Below are positions 26,622 through 35,365 of a DNA stretch of 36,272 nt, in pieces (the first letter of the stretch is position 1; every line of letters starts with the position of its first letter). Source of the stretch: a virus. Lineage: Duplodnaviria; Caudoviricetes. Below the pieces are notes generated by a model. That model was given only the letters and a program-made list of their open reading frames with translations, made no database searches and was not told the origin of the DNA. The DNA lies in the IMG/VR virus record IMGVR_UViG_3300032258_000006, positions 1 to 36,272 of that record; one strand, 5' to 3'. A program made the translations under genes and the position numbers.

Positions 26622-26825
26622 ATGGATAACGATAAAAAAGTTAAGCCGATAACATTAACCGGGCAGAATGGCGAAATAATGAAACTTGCCCCAAGCCACC
26701 AACCAAATTCTAAACTCGTTGATTTTGAATTCATAGGAAACGAAGAATATTTCCTTGCGGCTCTTGAGCCGAGCGAGTTAAAGGAAATTCAGGTGTTTTT
26801 GAATGAGCACCTTGGCAATGCATAA
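26622..26825 (+). CDS. Hypothetical protein ending in att core
   Basis: ATG 26622; TAA stop within GCATAAC. Confidence 0.65.
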   Translation: MDNDKKVKPITLTGQNGEIMKLAPSHQPNSKLVDFEFIGNEEYFLAALEPSELKEIQVFLNEHLGNA

Positions 26826-26888
26826 CATTGCGGATAAGCCGTAAACGAGCGCCAGCGAAGTGCATCGGATTAATGCGCTTGGTTATGT
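26820..26888 (-). other. attC-like site (top strand = minus)
   Basis: Minus strand: ACATAAC caagcg cat[T]aatccg[A] ... cggctt-atc cgcaat GTTATGC. Confidence 0.75.
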
Positions 26889-26925
26889 GCCGCTCTATAT
26901 TCTTTTGCTTTATTTGGTTTAACCC

Positions 26926-26954
26926 TTGACAGTTGCGCGCAACTATGAGATGAT
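26926..26954 (+). promoter_or_regulatory. Promoter with palindromic operator
   Basis: TTGACA-17 nt-GATGAT; perfect palindrome AGTTGCGCGCAACT at 26931-26944. Confidence 0.6.
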
Positions 26955-27001
26955 AGCTACAAGTTAAAGAGATAAACAAATAACTCAAAGGGGTTCATCA
27001 A

Positions 27002-27328
27002 ATGGAAATCACAAAAGAAAAAGCAATTGAAATATATGAGCTAGTAGCTAATGACTCTTATGTTTGCGAGATCAGCAGCCTGGACGGGTTCAACCGCGAA
27101 AACTCAGTAGGAAATGGTAGCGACATGATAGCGGCCATTGAAGGCGGGGAATATAGCGAGTACTACTTAGTAGGCGCTGAAAAAGAAGATGCGGTTGCAG
27201 CTTACAATGACAGACTTGAGGCTGGTGAGATAAATGGCGAAGGGTATGACACATACGACTATCACATGCTTACAATTGTAAGCGGGTCGGTAATGGAGAT
27301 CTCTTATATACCAGTTGGCGGCTGGTAA
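27002..27328 (+). CDS. Acidic hypothetical protein
   Basis: AAGGGG RBS; downstream of promoter. Confidence 0.75.
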   Translation: MEITKEKAIEIYELVANDSYVCEISSLDGFNRENSVGNGSDMIAAIEGGEYSEYYLVGAEKEDAVAAYNDRLEAGEINGEGYDTYDYHMLTIVSGSVMEISYIPVGGW

Positions 27329-27495
27329 TGGCGCAAAGCAGCACAGAAAAGTCAAAAGCCCTCCGCGAAAGGAGGGCGGAAGCGGGGCAAAAAGAGATGC
27401 GCGGGATTTGGCTCACGCCAGAAGAGGAAAAGTTCATAAAGCCAGAAGTTCGAGCAAAGCTGCAAAAGATGCGAAAAGGCGAGACTGTTAAGTAA
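27328..27495 (+). CDS. Small basic putative DNA-binding protein (55 aa, not in ORF track)
   Basis: MAQSSTEKSKALRERRAEAGQKEMRGIWLTPEEE...; TAATG coupling. Confidence 0.65.
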   Translation: MAQSSTEKSKALRERRAEAGQKEMRGIWLTPEEEKFIKPEVRAKLQKMRKGETVK

Positions 27496-27543
27496 GATCA
27501 ATCGCCAATCTGGTAAGGGCAAGGGTTGAAAAGGGGTAGGGCA

Positions 27544-27819
27544 ATGAACGAATCTGACAAAGCGATAAAGAGGGCTGAAATCATAAGCAGCATCAAAGCG
27601 GCTCATCAGGATATAGAAGATAATCAGCGGGCGCTAAATAGGGTTGTAGGTGGCAAGCTGGAATATCAGCCAAGCGCGTATTGTGTCGAGGGATACCATC
27701 AAAGAATACGAGAGGGCAAGGCCAGGCTGAAAGATCTTAATGGTGAGCTAGGTGAACTAGTTGGCGATGTTGTAGATGTGGGTGGTTTGCCATCAATACT
27801 AAAGCCGCAAGCAGGGTAA
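27544..27819 (+). CDS. Hypothetical protein
   Basis: MNESDKA start after GGGG/AGGG; LPSILKPQAG end with stop in GGGTAAC. Confidence 0.7.
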   Translation: MNESDKAIKRAEIISSIKAAHQDIEDNQRALNRVVGGKLEYQPSAYCVEGYHQRIREGKARLKDLNGELGELVGDVVDVGGLPSILKPQAG

Positions 27820-27934
27820 CGTTTAGTTGTGTGGGCTGAGCCAATGAGGAATTAAAAAATGACAACTGAAAACACTGAACCAACAAACAACGACGAGCTA
27901 AGCGGCGAAGCTCCAAACAAACGGCGTGTTATGC
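27814..27934 (-). other. Long attC-like site (121 nt) containing RBS and ATG of the next gene
   Basis: Minus strand: GCATAAC acgcc gtt[T]gtttgg[A]gc ... gc-ccacac-aac taaac GTTACCC. Confidence 0.8.
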
Positions 27935-28155
27935 CTAAAGTAGTCATTGACGGAGTTGAGTACATACCTGCCAAGAACGTTGTGGCTAATGAAATGGCAA
28001 TAGCTAAAGGGTTGTTGATGCAATTCTGGGGGGTGTGCAGCGATGAAAAGGCAACCGAATTGATTAACGACAAATCCATAAGCGTTGTGGTTACTGACGA
28101 GTACCAAGGGGAATCCCTGAGAAGTGTGCTAGATGAGATAGCTAAGCAGGCATAA
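27859..28155 (+). CDS. Cassette protein with attC-encoded leader and KVVIDGVEYIP motif
   Basis: GAGGA RBS and ATG inside attC; stop in GCATAAC of site B. Confidence 0.8.
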   Translation: MTTENTEPTNNDELSGEAPNKRRVMPKVVIDGVEYIPAKNVVANEMAIAKGLLMQFWGVCSDEKATELINDKSISVVVTDEYQGESLRSVLDEIAKQA

Positions 28156-28200
28156 CAAGGGGTAGGCCCCAAAGTGGGGTATAGGCCCGATATTACGCGG
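28150..28200 (-). other. attI-like array-terminal site B
   Basis: Minus strand ccgc...tataccccactttggggcctaccccttGTTATGC; homologous to 76-126. Confidence 0.55.
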
Positions 28201-28234
28201 CAATTAAGACACTTAATAATTAGAGGGTAATGAT

Positions 28235-28753
28235 ATGTCAAGAGGCGTTAATAAGGTCATTTTGGTTGGTCGACTTGGTAAGGATGTTGAAGTTCGTTAT
28301 ATGCCGAGTGGTGGAGCTGTTGCCAACGTTACAATCGCTACAGCTGAAAGCTGGAAAGATAAGCAGACGGGTGAACAGAAAGATCGTACAGAGTGGCACA
28401 ACGTTGTTTTTTATAACCGCCTAGCTGAAATTGTTGGCGAATACCTGAAAAAGGGCTCACAAGCCTATATCGAAGGCAGCCTGCGTACACGTAAATGGCA
28501 AGATAAAACCGGCCAAGATCGTTACACCACTGAAATCATTGCCAGTGAAATGCAAATGCTAGGGGCTCGCCCAGCCGATCAGCGAGGCGCGCCACAGCAA
28601 CAAGGAGGATGCCAGCCACCGCAGCAGCAACAGCAAGGCAGCTTTAATCAATCCCATCAGCAGCAAGGTGGATATAACCAAGCACCGCAACAGGGTGGCC
28701 AAGCACCACAATGCGGCGGTTTTGATGATTTCGACGATGACATACCTTTTTAA
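28235..28753 (+). CDS. ssb: Single-stranded DNA-binding protein
   Basis: [20 protein letters not shown], acidic DDDIPF tail. Confidence 0.98.
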   Translation: MSRGVNKVILVGRLGKDVEVRYMPSGGAVANVTIATAESWKDKQTGEQKDRTEWHNVVFYNRLAEIVGEYLKKGSQAYIEGSLRTRKWQDKTGQDRYTTEIIASEMQMLGARPADQRGAPQQQGGCQPPQQQQQGSFNQSHQQQGGYNQAPQQGGQAPQCGGFDDFDDDIPF

Positions 28754-28765
28754 TAAGGGGTTAAT

Positions 28766-29209
28766 ATGGGTTCTCAAAGCAAGATAATCGAGCTTCTTGA
28801 TTCTGGTACGGCTAGTTATGACGCTATCTTTGCGGAAATTGGCGGGTGTGAGGATGCCTTGCATCGTCTATTATTAAATATGACTCGTAACGCCGTAATC
28901 ATATTGATTGAGGGTGAGTATCGGTTGCCACCAAGTAAACGTGAAATTATGCCATTACTAGCTAAGGACAAAAAATTGAATGAAAGAGTCGGGCATCCTA
29001 ACTGCTATAACCGTGAGCCATTTGCAGAAACAACAATGGTGCAAGATGGGTGGAGTAATGAGGCTTTAGACGGTAAGCACGTTAGGATAGCAGTAATGAA
29101 AGAAGTACCTAACTCAATGAGTAAAGATTGTAAGCAGTGGGATGATTTTGGAGAAGCAAAGCGGATGGGTTGGAACTGCGATGGCTGCATATGGAAAAAA
29201 ATAACTTAA
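28766..29209 (+). CDS. Hypothetical protein (possible wHTH plus Cys-rich C-terminus)
   Basis: CYNR...C...CDGC. Confidence 0.65.
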   Translation: MGSQSKIIELLDSGTASYDAIFAEIGGCEDALHRLLLNMTRNAVIILIEGEYRLPPSKREIMPLLAKDKKLNERVGHPNCYNREPFAETTMVQDGWSNEALDGKHVRIAVMKEVPNSMSKDCKQWDDFGEAKRMGWNCDGCIWKKIT

Positions 29210-29350
29210 ATAAAAACCCAGCCAGTGAAGGCTGGGGAGGAACAACAGCATGATAAACAACATTGAAACACCGCACGCAAGCAGTAAAAGAGACTATACA
29301 CCCAACACAGAGGAAATTGAAATAGAAATTTCAGGTATAGGCGAAAGACA

Positions 29351-30097
29351 ATGAAGATAATGCAGGGGGATTGCCTTGATAGGATGAAAGAGATTGAGAG
29401 TGGATCGGTTGATATGATTTTGACCAGCCCACCGTATAACATGAACCTGAGGATTAGGAATGGCAAATACTGCTCACGTCAAATAGTGAAAGAAATAAGC
29501 ACCAAATACGAACGGTTTTCTGACAACCTACCAATGGATGATTACTTTGAGTTTAACCGATCCGTGCTTACTGAGTGCCTTCGAGTTTCTGACTTGGTTT
29601 TTTATAACGTTCAGTTCCTTACCGGTAACAAGCCGGCGCTATTTAAGCTGATTGGGGAGTTTAGCGACAAGGTAAAGGAGTTAATAATCTGGGATAAATG
29701 CAGCGCTCAGCCAGCAATAGGGACTGGAGTGATGAATAGCCAGTTTGAAGTATTAATAGTGCTTCAGAATTCAGCGCCGCAAAGCAGAGCCTTTAAGACG
29801 GCTGAATTCGATAGAGGGACATTATCAAATGTTTGGAATATAAAGAGGGGTAAGAAGGTAGATAAGAGTCACGGCGCAGTATTCCCATTAGAGCTTGCTG
29901 AGAAAGCTATTTCATCATTCTCTAAAAGTGGTGCGACGATACTCGACCCTTTCATGGGGATGGGTACTACAGGTGTTGCATGTAAAAAACTGGGTAGGAA
30001 CTTTATTGGCATAGAGCTAGATGATAAATATTTTGATATAGCTAAAGACCGTATTGCTCACCAAGATGGCGCACTCTCGACAAGTAACAAAGGCTAA
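29351..30097 (+). CDS. Orphan amino-DNA methyltransferase (N4-C/N6-A, beta class)
   Basis: TSPPY motif IV, H.AVFP, DPFMG.GTT motif I, FIGIELD. Confidence 0.93.
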   Translation: MKIMQGDCLDRMKEIESGSVDMILTSPPYNMNLRIRNGKYCSRQIVKEISTKYERFSDNLPMDDYFEFNRSVLTECLRVSDLVFYNVQFLTGNKPALFKLIGEFSDKVKELIIWDKCSAQPAIGTGVMNSQFEVLIVLQNSAPQSRAFKTAEFDRGTLSNVWNIKRGKKVDKSHGAVFPLELAEKAISSFSKSGATILDPFMGMGTTGVACKKLGRNFIGIELDDKYFDIAKDRIAHQDGALSTSNKG

Positions 30098-30100
30098 CAA

Positions 30101-30577
30101 ATGAAAGATTTCCCGCTAACTAAGCACAACATACAGCAATTAATGACTGAGTTGCAAAAAGAGCTTTCAGAGTGCGATGGTGGCACGCTGATCATAAGTG
30201 CTCAAGAAGCTGGAACCGGCAAGTGGGGTATGGCCAGGCTTTGGCGTGCGTGGATGACTACTACCGCCGAGTTTATGCGCGGTAACGGCGTGACTATGCC
30301 CTTATATTTTAAATCAAATGGCGAGCCATACGGGAGCAGGCAGTTTGAACCACAAGATGCTCATGAGCTATTTACTAGGCAGTGGCTAGGCGTAGATGAA
30401 AATGGCGAGCGCCTTAGCTGGGCCAAGTCTGGGAATGAAAGCGGACGCAAAGCAACCAAAGGTGAGCGGTTTATTGCCATGCTTCGACATGAGACGTGGG
30501 CTATCGACAAGGGAATAACTCTTCTAAAGCCGCGTGACTCGGAATATGAAAAGCTAACTAAGCAGCAAGAAGAATGA
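30101..30577 (+). CDS. NinB-like protein
   Basis: Position before ninG; W..WM...A and K.TKGE...A.....WA...G..L pattern. Confidence 0.5.
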   Translation: MKDFPLTKHNIQQLMTELQKELSECDGGTLIISAQEAGTGKWGMARLWRAWMTTTAEFMRGNGVTMPLYFKSNGEPYGSRQFEPQDAHELFTRQWLGVDENGERLSWAKSGNESGRKATKGERFIAMLRHETWAIDKGITLLKPRDSEYEKLTKQQEE

Positions 30578-30822
30578 TAAATAAATCTAGCAACGATGCG
30601 CCGTACCCAGTAACCGCAATATACCCCAAGTTTTATTACTGCAAGCGTGGTGATAGTGATATCGCGTGGATAATGAGAATGATGAGCCATGTTCCAGAAG
30701 AGAAAAAATTAGAGGTATCCAGTGATTATGAGTGGCTTTTTCTTAGAGATAATCACTGTGGCCGAAAAGCTGCAAACACTTATTTGCACGGCATAGCAAA
30801 GGGGTTTAAAGATAATGGGTAG
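30574..30822 (+). CDS. Hypothetical protein
   Basis: ATGA coupling; GRKAAN..L motif. Confidence 0.65.
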   Translation: MINKSSNDAPYPVTAIYPKFYYCKRGDSDIAWIMRMMSHVPEEKKLEVSSDYEWLFLRDNHCGRKAANTYLHGIAKGFKDNG

Positions 30823-31477
30823 GCGTTGTAAGTGCGGATGTAGAAAAGAGATAAAACCAGCGCGCCAATGCACAAGCTACATGGAGAAGCTTGGGTTTTA
30901 CTCTATGGAGTGCCAAGAAAAGGCAGCTATTGCCGCACTGAATAAGGCAAGAGAGAAGAAAGCGGCAAAGCCAAGGCAGTCACAACCCAAGGCAGGCAAA
31001 ACAACAAAGGCGGCGCTCCTAGCCTTGAATAAAAGGGATGTTAGGTGGCAGCATAAGAAAACACAAGTAGCATTTAATAGAATGCGAGTGCTTGAGGAGT
31101 TGCTATGGTTTAAAGAGCGCAACATTGAGCCAATATGTATTAGCTGTAGAAACCCGTTAAGGAATGATCAATGGTGCTGTGGTCACTTTAAAACCGTAGG
31201 GGCGTATTCCGCAATCAGGTATGATCGGAAAAATACGTTTTTGCAGCATAATCACCGGTGTAACATGAATCTATCAGGTGATATCGAAGGCACCAAAACC
31301 ACCTGTGGCTACAAGGTGGGCCTTAAGGTTAGATTTGGAGATGATGAGGCGCAATCAATTATTGATTATTGCGAGTCTCAAACGCAGCCGGTTAAATGGA
31401 CTTGTGAGGGTCTTGAGGCAATGAGAAAGGAGTTTAACTGTAGGGCGCGTGAAATTGAGCTACAATTAAAACTATAA
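30815..31477 (+). CDS. ninG: NinG/Rap recombination endonuclease
   Basis: Q.AFN, CISC, GHFKTVGA...RYD..N...Q...CN..LSG. Confidence 0.9.
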   Translation: MGRRCKCGCRKEIKPARQCTSYMEKLGFYSMECQEKAAIAALNKAREKKAAKPRQSQPKAGKTTKAALLALNKRDVRWQHKKTQVAFNRMRVLEELLWFKERNIEPICISCRNPLRNDQWCCGHFKTVGAYSAIRYDRKNTFLQHNHRCNMNLSGDIEGTKTTCGYKVGLKVRFGDDEAQSIIDYCESQTQPVKWTCEGLEAMRKEFNCRAREIELQLKL

Positions 31478-31496
31478 ACTCAATACAGGTGTAAAT

Positions 31497-31745
31497 ATGT
31501 TTGAGCTTAAAAAAAATGAGCGGGTTGACTGGTTCCGCATAACTGTTGACCTGCTTAATTCTGGTGTCAATATGACAAAATTAAGCCAGCTATCAGGAAT
31601 ACCAAGAACCACATTGGCAGGATACAAGCAGCGGCAAACACGACCTCAATTTGAAGAGGCTTTTATTTTGATTAACATTTGGGCAGACAAAACCAAAAGC
31701 TCAATAGATGATTTGCCAGTCTACAACCCTTGTACCAGTCGCTGA
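31497..31745 (+). CDS. HTH regulator, candidate late-gene activator
   Basis: DWFR...L...G......S..SGIPRTTL.GYK....P pattern; sits in the Q position directly before the late promoter. Confidence 0.7.
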   Translation: MFELKKNERVDWFRITVDLLNSGVNMTKLSQLSGIPRTTLAGYKQRQTRPQFEEAFILINIWADKTKSSIDDLPVYNPCTSR

Positions 31746-31747
31746 TA

Positions 31748-31779
31748 GTCGAGTTATCGACTTAATATTTTACTATAAT
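31748..31779 (+). promoter_or_regulatory. Late promoter 2 (portal operon)
   Basis: Palindromic GTCGAGTTATCGAC-12 nt-TATAAT. Confidence 0.7.
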
Positions 31780-31808
31780 GTTATCTAATCGCTAATGAGG
31801 TTTTAATT

Positions 31809-32072
31809 GTGGCGCTATCCAATAATGATGTAACCGCTATAGCTAAAGAGCTGGCAGAAGAGATGACAAGCAAAAAGCGGTCTCAATGGGTTGACCCAAG
31901 CACTCACGCCGAACACCATGAATGGATCTCTGAGAGAATGCAGGCAGAGGAAGAAATAAAGGCATTTAGAAGGAAGATAATTCAATCATCAATTGTTTGG
32001 GTAGTTCCATTGAGTCTTGGTTTTGTTGGGGTTGCGCTTTGGCGGCACCTTAAATATCTTATATCACAGTAA
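31809..32072 (+). CDS. Single-TM membrane protein, possible holin
   Basis: H.EHHEW motif then one C-terminal TM helix; first late gene. Confidence 0.5.
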   Translation: MALSNNDVTAIAKELAEEMTSKKRSQWVDPSTHAEHHEWISERMQAEEEIKAFRRKIIQSSIVWVVPLSLGFVGVALWRHLKYLISQ

Positions 32073-32081
32073 GGAGTAGTA

Positions 32082-32483
32082 ATGTCTAGAAACATAAAGC
32101 CACCAGTTACGCCAGGTGAAGACCCTAAAGGGAATGCTATAAATTCATATGTTGCTGAAAATCAAGCAGATCAAGCAGATCAAGCAGATCAAGCAGATCA
32201 AGCAGGCGATGCCGAAAATGATAATATGATCACTATGTCGAAAGCAGATATGGAAGCTCTGATAGAACAAGGGGTTGAAAGCCGCGTTGTTTCTGAGGTT
32301 AAAAAAGCAAAACGACTATCTGTAGCCAGTCCGTCCGGTTCTTCTTCTGCATTACCAAAACAGTCAGATATCGACCCGCGAAAGATAAAGCGCGCAGTAT
32401 TAACGCAAGAAGGCTGGGTGTGTCCGCTGGTTCATTCTACTGATCGTGCGGCTTTAGATCGTGGGCAAGGTAACTTAAAATAA
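32082..32483 (+). CDS. Hypothetical late protein
   Basis: AAGGAG RBS; VLTQEGWVCP motif; QAD repeats. Confidence 0.75.
   Translation: MSRNIKPPVTPGEDPKGNAINSYVAENQADQADQADQADQAGDAENDNMITMSKADMEALIEQGVESRVVSEVKKAKRLSVASPSGSSSALPKQSDIDPRKIKRAVLTQEGWVCPLVHSTDRAALDRGQGNLK
32161..32205 (+). repeat. In-frame tandem repeat (atcaagcag)x5
   Basis: Five perfect 9-mers. Confidence 0.9.
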
Positions 32484-32493
32484 AGGTCGGTGT

Positions 32494-32697
32494 ATGTGCG
32501 GTGGAACCCCGAAAGTTGAAAAGCGCGATATACAGGCTGAAAAGCGGCTAGCTGACATGGAGGCTACCAGCAAAGCTAATGCTGACATAGCAGCGCGCAG
32601 AGCAGGCCGCCGCCGCTCTTCTTTGATTTCTAATTATGGTGGGGCGGGTGGTGTTTCTGCCATATCAACCCCTGCTGGGAGTGATACGCTTGGGTGA
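32494..32697 (+). CDS. Small virion protein preceding portal
   Basis: MCGG start, basic RR.GRR core, TLG end typical of pre-portal podovirus genes. Confidence 0.7.
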   Translation: MCGGTPKVEKRDIQAEKRLADMEATSKANADIAARRAGRRRSSLISNYGGAGGVSAISTPAGSDTLG

Positions 32698-34282
32698 TAT
32701 CAAGGCATCAGCTGCTAGCATTTCGCAGCGTCTTTCTTCTATGGAGTCGCTAAGAAGTGAGCACGTCGAAGTGTGGCGTAAGTGCATGCAATATTCTTTT
32801 CCTTTGCTGCAACATGGCTTTTTTGGCGAGATAGTAACCGCTGAAAACGGGCTAGCTGAGCTTTCGCGCCTTAACGATTCGACTACTACAGAGGCCGTTA
32901 GAACGTGGGCTTCTCACATGATATCCGGCATGACACCAAGTAATGCTATCTGGTTCGGCTTGCACATGAGCGGTCAAGACGACGAAGAAAAGCGCTTTCT
33001 ATCCCAATCCGCACGAGTTATCTGGGAAAATATCCATAATAGCAATTTTGACTCATTAGCATTTGAGGCAATGATTTATGCGGCTACCGCTGGTTGGTTT
33101 GTGCTGTACATTGATGAGGATAAAGACGGCGGCTATCACTTTGAGTTATGGCCAATATCAGAATGTTTTATATCATCTTCGCGCCCTGGTCAGCCGATTG
33201 ATACTGTTTACAGAAAGTTCAAGCTACGCGCTGATCAAGCAATGACAGAGTACGGTGATGCATGTAGCGAAAAAATCAAAGAGGCCATAGCTAACAACAA
33301 GCCCCACGAGCAGTTTAGTTTTATCCACGCAGTATATCCACGTGAAGATGGAGATCCAAATGCTAGATTTGCTAAAAACCTACCAATTGCTAGTGTTCAT
33401 ATCGATTGCACTAATAAATCAGTTTTACGAGAAAGCGGCTATCATGAAATGCCGTGCTGTGTGCCTCGTTATACGCTTATACCTGGTTCGCCGTACCCGG
33501 TCGGGCCGGTTTATGATGCGTTACCAGATGCTGCCACCTTAAATAAAATCAAAGAAATGGAATTCGCTAATCTCGATTTGGCTATCGGAGGAATGTGGAT
33601 AGCTGAAGATGATGGAGTGATCAACCCTAGGTCAATTAAGATCGGGCCGCGCCGCGTAATTGTAGCCAATAGTGTTGACAGCATGAAAGAGCTCCGCTCT
33701 TCTGCTGATTTCAATATTGCCTTTATGTCCGAAGATAGAATTCAGGCGCAGATTAGAAAGATAATGCTTGCTGATATACTGCCGCCAGTGGAGGGGCAGC
33801 CGCGAACCGCTACGGAAATAAACGAGCGTATTGCGTGGCTTAGGCAAATGCTCGGCCCAATTTATGGTCGAATGGAATCCGAATACCTACAGATCATGAT
33901 AGAGCGCTGCTTTGGTCTTGCGTTGCGAGCTGGTGCGCTTGGTATGCCGCCTGAATCAATGGGTGGCCGCTCATGGCATGTTAAGTATCAATCGCCTTTA
34001 GCGCGTGCGCAGAAGGTTTCAGAGGTTGCGGCTATTGATCAATATGTCGGCGGTCTGATGTCAGTTGCTCAGCAAGACCCATCTGTAATGGATAACGTAG
34101 ATTTAGATAAAACGGCACGGTATCGAGGCGAGGCGCTAGGCGTGCCTGCTGAATTAATCCCCACTGAAAAAGATATTGAAAAGCGACGCGTGCAGCGCCA
34201 ACAAATGCAGCAAGAGCAAAAGCAAGATCAAATGGCTGAAGAGTTGCAGCTGGAAGCGGGTAAAAAGGCAATGGAGCGGTAA
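32690..34282 (+). CDS. Portal (head-tail connector), T7 gp8/Bbp21-like
   Basis: SGMTP....WF, ESGY.E.P...PR, TATEI..R, LGP...R...E.L, Y.SPLARAQK; TTG start 32690 with GGGAG. Confidence 0.93.
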   Translation: MGDIKASAASISQRLSSMESLRSEHVEVWRKCMQYSFPLLQHGFFGEIVTAENGLAELSRLNDSTTTEAVRTWASHMISGMTPSNAIWFGLHMSGQDDEEKRFLSQSARVIWENIHNSNFDSLAFEAMIYAATAGWFVLYIDEDKDGGYHFELWPISECFISSSRPGQPIDTVYRKFKLRADQAMTEYGDACSEKIKEAIANNKPHEQFSFIHAVYPREDGDPNARFAKNLPIASVHIDCTNKSVLRESGYHEMPCCVPRYTLIPGSPYPVGPVYDALPDAATLNKIKEMEFANLDLAIGGMWIAEDDGVINPRSIKIGPRRVIVANSVDSMKELRSSADFNIAFMSEDRIQAQIRKIMLADILPPVEGQPRTATEINERIAWLRQMLGPIYGRMESEYLQIMIERCFGLALRAGALGMPPESMGGRSWHVKYQSPLARAQKVSEVAAIDQYVGGLMSVAQQDPSVMDNVDLDKTARYRGEALGVPAELIPTEKDIEKRRVQRQQMQQEQKQDQMAEELQLEAGKKAMER

Positions 34283-34284
34283 AG

Positions 34285-35115
34285 ATGAGTTCAGGAGGCA
34301 ACCCTTACCAGTTAGACACGGCTATTGAAATGGCCAAACGTGAAATATTTATAACCTATGGCCACACGACTAGCGTCGGAAGAAAGACTTTAAAAAAATA
34401 CGGAAATAATACAGCAGTAGGAACAACGGAGGAGGATATAACACTAAACGGCGGTACGGAGGTTTATTTAACCACAAATGGTATAGATACAATAAGCAGC
34501 TCAGACGCCGCAGATGCTGGAAATATTTATATTGAAGGGATGACAATAGTTGGATCAATTCTTACGTTTGTGTCGCAGATAATCGTTGTTGATGGGCAAA
34601 ATAAGGTGTTGCTAACAACCCCTCTTGCTAGGTGTACTAGAATGAGAGGTGATCATGATGGCAGTATTTATGCGTATGAGGAAACGGCGATATCTGCGGG
34701 TGTGCCTGTAGATACATCTAAAATACATTGCACTATGTCAGGTGATGATAATACCAGTCTAAAGGCTGGAATAAGCGTGGCGTCAACTAATTATTTTGTT
34801 ATGACTGGTTGGTGGTCTACGTTGGGTAAGTCGGCTGGTTCTGCCGCTGCAGATATGCGCCTTAAATTTTCTTCGCTAGAAGATGCTGCACTACCTGGTG
34901 TGTTCTATACGGATGAAATAAGATCTGTATCAGCCAATAGCCCGCTAGATGCATCGTTTCACATGTACGAGATTGTAAGGCCGAACACTGACATTATTAT
35001 AACTGGGCAAGCATCATCTGGAAGCTTGGATATTCACGCCGGTTTTTATGGTTTTTTTGCTGATATTGTTGATGGGAGTACATTAACAGCTGATGGATGG
35101 GTGGTGCAAAAATGA
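34285..35115 (+). CDS. Beta-rich hypothetical, possibly virion-associated
   Basis: Coupled between portal and Bbp19-like gene; Thr/Ser/Gly-rich. Confidence 0.7.
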   Translation: MSSGGNPYQLDTAIEMAKREIFITYGHTTSVGRKTLKKYGNNTAVGTTEEDITLNGGTEVYLTTNGIDTISSSDAADAGNIYIEGMTIVGSILTFVSQIIVVDGQNKVLLTTPLARCTRMRGDHDGSIYAYEETAISAGVPVDTSKIHCTMSGDDNTSLKAGISVASTNYFVMTGWWSTLGKSAGSAAADMRLKFSSLEDAALPGVFYTDEIRSVSANSPLDASFHMYEIVRPNTDIIITGQASSGSLDIHAGFYGFFADIVDGSTLTADGWVVQK

Positions 35116-35363
35116 AAAATGATCCTGTAACACCAGAAGAATACAAGCAAATATTTGAAGATAACAAAGTAGGTCAGAGGGTCTTTGAGGATTTACTCCT
35201 TAAATTTGGCCGCCTACCAGGTGAAAAAGGCGGTATAGACCGCATACTTAATCAATTTGAGTATAGTGGGCGACGCCGAGTTATTGACCATATAGCGTTA
35301 AAAATAGATCAAGCAAACGGCCTTCGTACGCATGGCGAAGTAATCGACATTGAAAAGGAATAA
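35112..35363 (+). CDS. Bbp19-like head assembly protein
   Basis: YKQIFE...GQRVFEDL...F, GRRRV...I; position between portal and scaffold. Confidence 0.7.
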   Translation: MKNDPVTPEEYKQIFEDNKVGQRVFEDLLLKFGRLPGEKGGIDRILNQFEYSGRRRVIDHIALKIDQANGLRTHGEVIDIEKE

Positions 35364-35365
35364 CT

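Noticed and set aside
30092-30098. GGCTAAC at the methyltransferase stop as an attC start
   Set aside because: No L boxes or matching GTT arm; the next gene starts immediately.
32161-32205. (atcaagcag)x5 as a phase-variation switch
   Set aside because: The 9-bp unit preserves the frame; likely a low-complexity linker.
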